A program made the position numbers and the translations under genes. A stretch of 41,302 bases of DNA from the NCBI GenBank assembly GCA_046331705.1, contig JAXLQJ010000024.1:62001-103302 (forward strand), read 5' to 3'. The stretch comes from a bacterium. GTDB taxonomy: Bacteria; JADJOY01. This document shows, piece after piece, positions 1-7,917 of this stretch (position 1 is the stretch's first letter; each line of letters opens with the position of its first letter). Below the pieces are notes generated by a model that had not been told where the DNA came from, searched no databases, and saw nothing but the letters and a program-made list of their open reading frames with translations.

Positions 1-1367
1 ATGTCGTCGACGGCCTTGGGAATCAGATCGTGCAGCGCGCGCCCGTGGAGGTGCATCGAGCGAAATGCCGGCACCCGCGACATCACGGCGTCGATCACGT
101 CCGGATCGGGGATCAGCTTGGCGAGCTGGTCGGTGAGCAGCGGCGAGGTCTTGACGAGCCGATCGAGCTTGCGGGCGCTCTCGCCGCGGAAGAGCCACAC
201 GCTGTAGCCCCAATTGCCCGCGTAGTAGCGCATGGCACTCAGGAACGACACCCGCGACGGCACCAGATTCCCGATCAGCGGTACCGCGAAGAGCACCACG
301 AACAGGAACGCCGTCAGCAGCGGCGCGGAACCGAGCGTGAGCACGCTCACCTCCGGATGGTGACCGAACAGGAAGAACCCGCCGTACACCATGATCACGT
401 TCCACTCGAGCGGTACGCCCATGGGGATGTTGCTCGAGATGAACGCGTGAAAGCCGAGCATCACCACCAGCGCGATGGCGGTGGGCGCGCCGCCGTCGCT
501 CACCAGCAGCACCAGCGGGAACAGGTATTCGACCGCCGTCCCGCCGTGCGCCATCCACTCGCAGACGCGCCCAGGCCGAAGATCGTCGGGGAAGTGGCGA
601 TAGAGCTTCTTCCGCAGCGCCACGGGCACCATCGGGCTGTTGCTCAGCATCACGCCGATGACCGACGGGAAGTGGTGATTGAGCTTGGAGGTCGCCGCCC
701 ACCACCAGATCGCGATCCAGACCACCTTGGCCCCCGCCAGCCAGTGGTCCGCGAAGGCGAAGCACACCAACGCCGTGAAATGGTGCTCGGCTCGCGAGAT
801 GAGGTAGATCGACTTGTCGGCGAGCGAGACGATCGGCAAGAGCACGATCGTCGGCAGCACCAACGACGGCGTGATCGCCGGTGCCGTCAGCGCGCGCAAC
901 AAGAACGCGTAATGCACGAGGTAGAGCGCGACGTCGAGGCGGGTGCGGCGATGACCGCCCAGGATCGGTAGGCCGGGAAGGAACGGCAGCTTGGTGGTGC
1001 CCGGCCGCAAGTAGTAGAGAACACCGCCGATGGGCGGGACGTAGCGGCCCGTGAGCGGCCCGCTGCCGCAGCCCAGCCCGAGACCCTCGTACGCCATGGT
1101 CCAGAGCACCGCCTTCTGGAACGCGGTCGCGGTGAATGCCCACGACGCGATCGCTCCCGGCGCCCCGAGCCCCGGCGTGAACGAGCAGAAGAAGCACCAT
1201 CCCCCGACGTAGAGCAGCGCGATCTTCAGCAGATAGACGGTGTAGATGAGCGGCGGCGTGCCGTATCCTTGCGTGGCCCAGGCCTCGCAGATCATGCGGA
1301 TGCGCACCGGAAACGGCTGTGCGCGCCACTCGCGGATGTCGTAAGGCGGTGATTTCGGCTGAAGCAT
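1..1367 (-). CDS. DUF3556-family multi-pass membrane protein (3' end runs off the window)
   Basis: Not in the ORF track because it is open at the window edge. My translation from ATG 1367 reads MLQPKSPPYDIREW...WATQGYGTP...GLGCGSGPLTGRY...WAATSKLNHHFP...PMGVPLEWN...MRYYAGNW...FRSMHLHGRAL...KAVDD with no stop; these motifs match DUF3556 as I recall it. Confidence 0.85.
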   Translation of the reverse strand, partial: MLQPKSPPYDIREWRAQPFPVRIRMICEAWATQGYGTPPLIYTVYLLKIALLYVGGWCFFCSFTPGLGAPGAIASWAFTATAFQKAVLWTMAYEGLGLGCGSGPLTGRYVPPIGGVLYYLRPGTTKLPFLPGLPILGGHRRTRLDVALYLVHYAFLLRALTAPAITPSLVLPTIVLLPIVSLADKSIYLISRAEHHFTALVCFAFADHWLAGAKVVWIAIWWWAATSKLNHHFPSVIGVMLSNSPMVPVALRKKLYRHFPDDLRPGRVCEWMAHGGTAVEYLFPLVLLVSDGGAPTAIALVVMLGFHAFISSNIPMGVPLEWNVIMVYGGFFLFGHHPEVSVLTLGSAPLLTAFLFVVLFAVPLIGNLVPSRVSFLSAMRYYAGNWGYSVWLFRGESARKLDRLVKTSPLLTDQLAKLIPDPDVIDAVMSRVPAFRSMHLHGRALHDLIPKAVDD

Positions 1368-1375
1368 GATGAGCG

Positions 1376-1381
1376 ATTCTA
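1376..1381 (-). promoter_or_regulatory. Putative -10 element (TAGAAT) 8 nt upstream of the DUF3556 ATG
   Basis: Minus strand reads TAGAAT-cgctcatc-ATG with no SD, consistent with a leaderless transcript. Confidence 0.4.
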
Positions 1382-1576
1382 CGTCACATACACGCGGAGC
1401 GGATGCGTGAGCGATCGTGCAGCGAGCGACGGCGCGGGACCGAGCGAGGCGCCGCGAACCGGTTCCTCGGAGGGCGCTCCCAGGGAGGGCGCCGCTCCCG
1501 CGGCCCGGGGCGCGGTGGGCGAGGCGGTGCCGATCCCGCCGCTCCCTCCGCGCCGAATCGACGCGGGTGGCCGCGC

Positions 1577-3061
1577 ATGAGCGCGATCGGGGTCGATTCC
1601 TGCGACGCGGTGGTGATCGGCGCGGGCCCGAACGGTCTCGCCGCCGCCATCGTGCTGGCGCAAGCGGGCGCCTCCGTGGTGGTGCTCGAAGCGGCGGAGA
1701 CGATCGGCGGCGGAACGCGCACCGCGGAGCTCACGCTGCCGGGATTTCGTCACGACGTGTGCTCGGCCGCCCACCCCATGGGCATCCTGTCGCCGTTCTT
1801 CCGCACGCTCCCTCTTACGCAGCACGGCCTGCGCTGGATTCGGCCGCGCGCCTCGGTGGCGCACCCGCTGGACGGCGCTCCCGCCGTGCTGCTGTGGCGT
1901 TCGCTCGAGCGCACCGCCGAGGAGCTGGGCGCCGACGTCGGCTCGTGGCGGCGGCTCGTCGGGCCGTTTCTCGACGATCCGCACGGCCTCCTCGCCGACG
2001 CGCTCGGCCCCCTCGGCATCCCGCGTCGGCCGCTGCAGCTCGCGCGATTCGGTCTGCCGGCTGCGCTGCCGGCCCAGGCGCTCGCGCGGTTCGCGTTTCG
2101 CGGGGTGCGGGCACGAGCGCTCTTCGCGGGGTGCGCGGCGCACGCGATCCTGCCGCTCGGTCACGCCTTCACTGCGGCCATCGGGCTGATGTTCGCCATC
2201 ACGGCGCACGTCGAGGAATGGCCCGTCGCCGAGGGCGGGTCGGCGGCCATCACGGCCGCGCTCGCGAGCTACTTGCGACAGCTCGGCAGCACGATCCGCA
2301 CCGGCGTGACGGTGCGCTCGAGCGCCGACCTTCCCGCGGCGCGCGTCTACCTCTTCGACACCGATCCCCGCCAGCTCGCCGCCATCTGCGACACGATGCT
2401 GCCGAGCGGCTACCTCGCGCGGCTGCGCCGCTTCCGCTTCGGTCCCGCGGTCTTCAAGCTCGACTGGGCGCTCGACGGAGCGATTCCGTGGGCGGACCCG
2501 CGCTGCCGCGACGCTTCCACGGTGCACGTCGGCGGCACCCTCGACGAGATCGCCGCATCCGAAGCCGCGATGTGGCGCGGCGAGCACTCTGCCCGCCCCT
2601 ACCTGATCGTGGTGCAGCAGAGCGAGCTCGATCCCACTCGCGCGCCAGCCGGTCAGCACACGGGCTACGCCTATTGCCACGTCCCCGCGGGCTCGAGCGT
2701 GGACATGACCGAGCCCATCGAGAGCCAGATCGAGCGCTTCGCGCCCGGCTTCCGGAGCCGCATCCTCGCCCGCCACAAGACGTCGCCGCGCGACCTCGAG
2801 CGCATGAACCCGAACCACGTGGGCGGCGCGATCACCGGCGGCGTCGCAGACGCGTTCCAGCTCTTCACCCGCCCGGTGGCGCGGCTCGATCCCTACTCGA
2901 CGCCCCACCCGCGCATCTTCCTGTGCTCGTCCTCCACGCCGCCCGGCGGTGGTGTCCACGGAATGTGCGGCTACCACGCCGCGCGCAGCGCCCTCGACGC
3001 GCTCGCCCGTTTCCCACCGGCGCCGCTCAGCGGGAGTGGCAGACCCGGACCCAGTGGGTGA
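1577..3061 (+). CDS. NAD(P)/FAD-dependent oxidoreductase, phytoene dehydrogenase-like (COG1233)
   Basis: DAVVIGAGPNGLAAA Rossmann motif, GGGTRTAELTLPGFRHDVCS, C-terminal CSSSTPPGGGVHGMCGYHAA. Start placed at ATG 1577 rather than 1403. Confidence 0.9.
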   Translation: MSAIGVDSCDAVVIGAGPNGLAAAIVLAQAGASVVVLEAAETIGGGTRTAELTLPGFRHDVCSAAHPMGILSPFFRTLPLTQHGLRWIRPRASVAHPLDGAPAVLLWRSLERTAEELGADVGSWRRLVGPFLDDPHGLLADALGPLGIPRRPLQLARFGLPAALPAQALARFAFRGVRARALFAGCAAHAILPLGHAFTAAIGLMFAITAHVEEWPVAEGGSAAITAALASYLRQLGSTIRTGVTVRSSADLPAARVYLFDTDPRQLAAICDTMLPSGYLARLRRFRFGPAVFKLDWALDGAIPWADPRCRDASTVHVGGTLDEIAASEAAMWRGEHSARPYLIVVQQSELDPTRAPAGQHTGYAYCHVPAGSSVDMTEPIESQIERFAPGFRSRILARHKTSPRDLERMNPNHVGGAITGGVADAFQLFTRPVARLDPYSTPHPRIFLCSSSTPPGGGVHGMCGYHAARSALDALARFPPAPLSGSGRPGPSG

Positions 3062-3098
3062 CGAGCTCGCCGATCGCACGACGGAACTCGAGCAACCC
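2967..3098 (+). repeat. 132-bp direct repeat, copy 1
   Basis: gcggctaccacgccg...ctcgagcaaccc matches 4780-4911 with 2 mismatches by manual alignment. Confidence 0.97.
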
Positions 3099-3256
3099 GA
3101 GCTCATTCGGGCACGGCCGAGCGAGTCGTTCGGCATTGCGTCCCGCGATGAGCAGCACTCGAACGGCCGATCGCCGACCGGCAGACGAGCGACTGCGTCG
3201 CGGTCCGCGTCCGCGCGCGGGACCGCGGTCTCGAGCCGCGACCCGAAATGCCGCAC
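3027..3256 (-). pseudogene. Decayed duplicate of the 3' part of the response regulator gene
   Basis: Encodes GLLEFRRAIGELVTHWVRVCHSR*, nearly identical to the regulator C-terminus. Beyond the repeat there are colinear patches: tgagcagc, ctcgaacggccgatcgccg (3158-3176 = 5104-5122), ggtccgcgtcc and cgaaatgccgcac vs cgaatgcggcac. Confidence 0.7.
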
Positions 3257-3335
3257 GGCCACTCTTGCGCCGCGCACCGGCCGAAGCGCACAATTGTTCC
3301 CACAAGCTAGCAAAAACATTTAAGTCACGATCTGG

Positions 3336-4673
3336 ATGGGAACGATGTCGAGACCACGGCCAGCCAGATATCTGCAGCGCGCGATGATCGTCGCGTGGTC
3401 GCTCGCCTCCGCGGTCGGCGCGGGCTCGCCACAGCGCGCGCTCGCCGCGACGATCACCGTCGACTCGACCGCCGACGACCTGGAGCAAGGACCGAACGGC
3501 AACTGCACGCTGCGCGAAGCGGTGGCGGCGGCCAACACCGATCTGCCGGTGGACGCCTGTGCAGCCGGGCTCGGCGCGGACGTCATCGACCTTCCCCGCG
3601 GCGTTCTCGAGCCCAAGACCACGGGGGAGGGCCTGCGCATCCTCGCCCCCACCGAGCTCAGAGGACGCGGTGTCGATCGCACCGTGATTCACGCGATCCT
3701 GTCCTTCGGCACGAACGACCCCGACGCCGATCAGGCACCCATGCGCGCCCGCGATCTCACCATCGTGAGCAGCGCCCTGTTCGCGAGCGACCTCGAGATG
3801 GTCGACATGACGATCCGCCGCGATCCGGCGTTCCCCGACCTCTCGAGCGGCGTCTACTGCTCCGAGTGCGAGCTACGGCGTACCGAGATCGACGGATACA
3901 CGGTCAATTTCAAGGGGCAGAGCGTCGCAAGCCACTCGATCTTTCGCAACGACTCGCGGCTCGGAATCAGCGTGGACCACGGTTCGCTCTTCCTCGAACA
4001 CTCGCGGATCGAAGGCAATGGCGGCGATGAAGGGCAAGGCGGTTTGTGGGCCCAGTGGTACGCACAAGTCGAGATCGAGGGCTGCACGTTCGCCGGCAAT
4101 CGCGGGAAGCGCGGTGGCGCCCTTCAAGTGAGCTGGTACTCGTCGGTGACGGTTCGCAACTCGACCTTCAGCGGCAACCACGGTTCCCGGGAAGGCGGCG
4201 CGATCTTCGTCGACACGAGCAATCTCAAGCTCGAGCACGTGACCTTCGTCGGCAACGACTCACCGGCTGGAGGCGCGGTCGCCGTTGCCGCCGTGCCCAA
4301 CACCGCGTACCCGAGGCCGAAGCTGGTGTTTCGCAGCTCGATCATCCAGGGGAGCTGCTCGGATCCCACCTCCTGGGCCCGCATCTACAGCGAAGGCGGG
4401 AACCTCGAGGGCCCGGGCTCCACGTGCCGGCTTCATGAACGTTCGGACCTCGCGAACGTCGCCGACCTGGGCCTCGGGCCGCTCGCCGACAACGGTGGCC
4501 CCACACCCACCCACGAGCCGCAGGCATGGAGCCCCGCGGTCGACTCCGTGCCGCGAAAGCTCTGTCCCGGCCCGGACGTCGATCAGCGCGATGTCACGCG
4601 CCCTCAGGACGGCGATGGCAATGGCCGGGCGGCTTGCGACCGAGGCGCCGTCGAACGCACGTACCACCGCTGA
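3336..4673 (+). CDS. Secreted CSLREA-domain / parallel beta-helix / choice-of-anchor Q protein
   Basis: Signal peptide ending ALA-ATITVDSTAD; NCTLREAVAAAN (CSLREA motif); FxGN/GGAI repeats; C-terminal LGPLADNGGPTPTH...DQRDVTRPQDGDGNGRAACDRGAVE. Start could be 3336, 3345 or 3384. Confidence 0.88.
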   Translation: MGTMSRPRPARYLQRAMIVAWSLASAVGAGSPQRALAATITVDSTADDLEQGPNGNCTLREAVAAANTDLPVDACAAGLGADVIDLPRGVLEPKTTGEGLRILAPTELRGRGVDRTVIHAILSFGTNDPDADQAPMRARDLTIVSSALFASDLEMVDMTIRRDPAFPDLSSGVYCSECELRRTEIDGYTVNFKGQSVASHSIFRNDSRLGISVDHGSLFLEHSRIEGNGGDEGQGGLWAQWYAQVEIEGCTFAGNRGKRGGALQVSWYSSVTVRNSTFSGNHGSREGGAIFVDTSNLKLEHVTFVGNDSPAGGAVAVAAVPNTAYPRPKLVFRSSIIQGSCSDPTSWARIYSEGGNLEGPGSTCRLHERSDLANVADLGLGPLADNGGPTPTHEPQAWSPAVDSVPRKLCPGPDVDQRDVTRPQDGDGNGRAACDRGAVERTYHR

Positions 4674-4779
4674 ACTTCGCCTCGTGCGACGGCATCGCGC
4701 CCGCTTGCACGACGGCCGCGCGTGCATGGCCTCCGGATGCGGGCGCCGCTGCACGTGCGCTGGCAGCGATTCCGACAGC

Positions 4780-4911
4780 GCGGCTACCACGCCGCGCGCA
4801 GCGCCCTCGACGCGCTCGCCCGTTTCCCACCGGCGCCGCTCAGCGGGAGTGGCAGACCCGGACCCAGTGGGTGACGATCTCGCCGATCGCGCGACGGAAC
4901 TCGAGCAACCC
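4780..4911 (+). repeat. 132-bp direct repeat, copy 2
   Basis: Matches 2967-3098 at an offset of 1813 bp. Confidence 0.97.
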
Positions 4912-5298
4912 CACCGGCTTGGTGACGAAGCCCTCCGCCAGCTCCGCCACCCGACGCGCGTCGCTTCCCGCCGACGAGGTGGTGAGCACCACCGTGTGAA
5001 TGCCGCGCCACAGCTGCTCGCCGCGAACGAGCGTGAGCAGCTCGACCCCGCTCCGTCGCGGCAGGTTCAGGTCGACGAGCATCACGTCGGGCAAGTCGCG
5101 CCGCTCGAACGGCCGATCGCCGCGCAGATACGCGAGCGCCTGGTCCGCGTCCTCGACGCGAGCGAATGCGGCACTGTCGCGGTGGAGATCGAACTCGCGC
5201 TCCACCAGCCACGCGTGGTCCGCGTCGTCCTCCACGAGCAGGAACCGGACCGGTACGTCGTCCATCGCCTCACCCGTCGCCTCACCCATCGCGCTCAT
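4840..5298 (-). CDS. Single-domain response regulator (Rcp1/CheY-like receiver)
   Basis: FLLVEDD, PDVMLVDLNLP (phospho-Asp), VVLTTS, FVTKP and C-terminal Trp typical of Rcp1-like receivers. Start could be 5298, 5289 or 5265; it overlaps or abuts the kinase stop at 5282. Confidence 0.9.
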   Translation of the reverse strand: MSAMGEATGEAMDDVPVRFLLVEDDADHAWLVEREFDLHRDSAAFARVEDADQALAYLRGDRPFERRDLPDVMLVDLNLPRRSGVELLTLVRGEQLWRGIHTVVLTTSSAGSDARRVAELAEGFVTKPVGLLEFRRAIGEIVTHWVRVCHSR

Positions 5299-7291
5299 CG
5301 CCTTCGGCGCGCCGCCGCTCCCAGGTCGAGAGCAACGGGTCGGGAAAGCCCAGCCACACCCGCGTCCCTCGCTCGCGCCCTTCCGGCGGCGACTCGATCC
5401 AGACCCGACCGCGATGGGCTTCGAGGATGCGCTTGACGATCGCGAGCCCCACGCCCGAGCCCTCGCCCGCCGACGCCAGTCGCACGAAGAGACCGAACAC
5501 GCGGTCGTGGAACTCCGCGGGGATGCCCGGGCCATCGTCCTCGACGTAGAGCCGCGCCTCGCCGCCGCCGCGCGCCCCGCCGATGCGGACCCGCGCCGCG
5601 CCCTCGCCCGAGGCGTACCGGATCGCGTTGGTGAGGAGGTTGTCGAAGACCTCCCGGAGCCTGCCGGGATCGGCGTGGATGATGGGCAGCTCGCGGGCGA
5701 CCTCGACCTGCAACCCCACCCGTTCCAGCGTGCTCGCGTGCTCGGCCACCGCGGCGCCCAGCAGCTGGTGCAGGTCGATCCGCACCAGCTCGTCGACGGT
5801 CCGGCCCGCACGGCTCAGGTCGAGCAGGTCGTCGAGCGTCTTGCGCAAGCGCAGCGCCGCGCGCTCGACGCGCCCCGCCGCGTCCAGCAGACCGTCGTGG
5901 CCGAGCTCCGCGGCGCTCGCGGCGATGTGGCCGGCGAAGCCGGAGATCGTGACCATCGGCGACTTGAGATCGTGCGAGACCGTGTAGACGAACTGCTCGA
6001 GCTCGTCGTTCTTGCGGGTGAGATCCCGGTTCGCTTGCGCGAGCGCGCGCTCCGCCTGTAGCCGCTCGGTGATGTCCACCACCGAGGTCAGCACCGCGCT
6101 GCCCTCGTCGGTCACGAGCGGGCTGAGGCCGATCTCGACCGGCACCTCGCGGCCGTCCTTGCGACGCGCGTAGAGATGCCGCCCCGCTCCCATCGGCCGC
6201 GCGACGGGCCGTTTCCAGAACTCCTCGCGATGGCGCGGATGGAGGCCGCGTGGCCGCTCGGGAACCAGGATCTCCACGGGCTGACCGATCAGCTCCTCGC
6301 GGGGATAGCCGAAGGTCCGCTCGGCCACGGCGTTCACCAGCCGGATCGTGCCCGTCTTGCTGACCAGCACTTGCCCGACGGGCGCCGCCTCCACCACCGC
6401 GCGGAACCGCTCCTCGGCGCGGGTTCGTTCGCCGATCTCGCGGTCGAGGCGCACTCGCTCCCCGCGCAGATCCTCGAGCACGCTGAGCATCGCGAGCGAG
6501 CGATTCTGGATCTCGTCGCGGCTGCGCTCGAGTCCGCGCAGCGCCTCGTCGAGCTCGCGCGAGTGGCGCACCAGCTCGCGGCGCACCTGGCGATGGTGCG
6601 CGTTGTCCTGGCGAAGCCGGTGCAGCATCCGCTGATAGAGCAAGCCGATCCAGCCCACCAAGAGCAGGTGCCCGGCGAGCGAGACCAGATAGCGCGGCGA
6701 GTCCATGGCGCGCGTCCGTTCGCTCAGGTGCGCGATGTACGTCGAGACGATGGCGTCGTAGCCGTCGATCAGCTCGCGCGCGGCGGCCAAGCCCGCGAGC
6801 GAGATCAGCGCTCGCGGCGAGCCGGGGTCGGTGGGGGTGCTCGCGAGATCGGTGGCCGCCGCGACGAACCCCCGCACGCCGCGATCGAGCGAGCGCGACC
6901 CGCCGAAGAAGAGCTGCGAGACCGCGACCGGTAGCGCCACCCGCCGCCGCTCGGCCACGCGTCCCACCACCGAGTCCTCGTGGGCCTCGCGGAGCGCGGC
7001 CACGGCGCCCGCGAGCTCGGCGCGCTCGCGGGCGGGGTCGTCCGGCTCGCGCAACGCGGTGGCCTGTCGTAGCACCAGGCGGATCTGACCGCGCGCGGTG
7101 GACGCGCGATCGAGCAATGCCACCCATGCGGCGAGCTCGCCGGTCTCGCTCCGGAACGCTGCGAGCTCGATCGACACGGTGACCGCCATCGAGGCGATCG
7201 AGATCCCCAGCAACGACGCGAGGAAACGCGAGCGCACCCGCCGCGACACCCGAGCGATCGGCGTGGTCTCGCCGTCGCTCACCCTGGTCAC
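5282..7291 (-). CDS. Membrane sensor histidine kinase (2 TM + helical periplasmic domain, coiled coil, PAS, HisKA, HATPase)
   Basis: H-box FVYTVSHDLKSP, N-box NLLTNAIRY, G1 DDGPGI, F-box FGLFVRL, G2 GSGVGLAI; PAS with NAVAERTFGY...RRKDG. GTG 7291 overlaps the upstream TGA (GTGA). Confidence 0.92.
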   Translation of the reverse strand: MTRVSDGETTPIARVSRRVRSRFLASLLGISIASMAVTVSIELAAFRSETGELAAWVALLDRASTARGQIRLVLRQATALREPDDPARERAELAGAVAALREAHEDSVVGRVAERRRVALPVAVSQLFFGGSRSLDRGVRGFVAAATDLASTPTDPGSPRALISLAGLAAARELIDGYDAIVSTYIAHLSERTRAMDSPRYLVSLAGHLLLVGWIGLLYQRMLHRLRQDNAHHRQVRRELVRHSRELDEALRGLERSRDEIQNRSLAMLSVLEDLRGERVRLDREIGERTRAEERFRAVVEAAPVGQVLVSKTGTIRLVNAVAERTFGYPREELIGQPVEILVPERPRGLHPRHREEFWKRPVARPMGAGRHLYARRKDGREVPVEIGLSPLVTDEGSAVLTSVVDITERLQAERALAQANRDLTRKNDELEQFVYTVSHDLKSPMVTISGFAGHIAASAAELGHDGLLDAAGRVERAALRLRKTLDDLLDLSRAGRTVDELVRIDLHQLLGAAVAEHASTLERVGLQVEVARELPIIHADPGRLREVFDNLLTNAIRYASGEGAARVRIGGARGGGEARLYVEDDGPGIPAEFHDRVFGLFVRLASAGEGSGVGLAIVKRILEAHRGRVWIESPPEGRERGTRVWLGFPDPLLSTWERRRAEGDERDG

Positions 7292-7887
7292 GCGACGCGC
7301 GCCTGGTGCGGCGGGTCCTCGGGGCCGTACTTGGGCTCGGCACCGAGACGCACGAGCAAGGAATTGACCTCCCGCTTGAGCTCGACCACGCGCAGCTCGC
7401 GCCCCATCGTGACCCGATCGAAGCGTTCGAGCAGCGCGGCGCGCTCGCGCAGCTCGGCCTCGATGGACTCGCGCCGCGCGATCTCCGCTGCCAGGCTCGC
7501 GTTGACGTCGGCGAGACGCGGCAGCGCCAGCACCCGCGGGATCACCGGCACGAGCGCGAGCACCGTCGCCCACGAAACCAGCGCGGTGGCGACCTTCACG
7601 ACGGCGTCGAGCCGGTAATACGGCCTCCAGAAGATGAGCGCCTCCACGAGGTGCCCGGTGCCGCAGCAGAAGATGAACGCTCCGAAGAGCCAGAACACCC
7701 GCGGAAACGGCATGTCGCCGCGACGCCGCACCATGCGCCACAGCACCAGCGGGATCGCCGTGTAGGCACCCCAGACCGCGAGATCCGCGACGATGTGCGT
7801 CCAGCCGAGGGCGGCGCTCCACTCGCCACAGCGCCACCGCGGCAGGAAGCCGCCGACGTCGAAAAGCCGCACGATCCAGTCGAGCAT
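7288..7887 (-). CDS. Stand-alone ETR1-type ethylene-binding-domain membrane protein with C-terminal coiled coil
   Basis: ADLAVWGAYTAIP and FGAFIFCCGTGHL align without gaps to Arabidopsis ETR1 SDFFIAIAYFSIP and FGAFIVLCGATHL; three TM helices; strong SD (GGAGGAGG) upstream. Confidence 0.88.
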   Translation of the reverse strand: MLDWIVRLFDVGGFLPRWRCGEWSAALGWTHIVADLAVWGAYTAIPLVLWRMVRRRGDMPFPRVFWLFGAFIFCCGTGHLVEALIFWRPYYRLDAVVKVATALVSWATVLALVPVIPRVLALPRLADVNASLAAEIARRESIEAELRERAALLERFDRVTMGRELRVVELKREVNSLLVRLGAEPKYGPEDPPHQARVA

Positions 7888-7917
7888 CCGCTCCTCCTCC
7901 GCCGCCGCCCGCGAACC

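Noticed and set aside
30-971. Long antisense and alternate-frame ORFs here and throughout (e.g. 1379-3319, 7306-9009, 24366-26480, 31744-34203, 37052-39772)
   Set aside because: Arg/Ala-rich shadow frames of recognisable genes; stop codons are scarce at this GC content.
3296-3343. 7-bp inverted repeat GTTCCCA/TGGGAAC around an AT-rich patch
   Set aside because: Too short and widely spaced to distinguish from chance.
3027-3692. 221-aa minus ORF ending in the response regulator C-terminus
   Set aside because: Only the last ~23 aa come from the duplicated repeat; the rest is antisense to the CSLREA gene. Treated as a remnant.
4674-4779. Possible decayed oxidoreductase sequence upstream of repeat copy 2
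   Set aside because: Only 7-10 bp matches, and they are not colinear.
2967-4911. IS, integron or prophage interpretation of the direct-repeat cassette
   Set aside because: No transposase or integrase, no terminal inverted repeats, no attC-like palindrome, and 132 bp is too long for a target-site duplication.
5265-5292. 12-bp tandem duplication tcgcctcaccc(g/a)
   Set aside because: Two copies only; it merely makes the regulator start ambiguous.
7292-7837. N-terminal extension of the kinase ORF suggesting a frameshifted receptor-kinase fusion
   Set aside because: The extension is an off-frame read of the ethylene-binding gene. That gene has its own coiled-coil C-terminus and stop, the kinase has its own N-terminal TM, and the GTGA overlap indicates two coupled genes.
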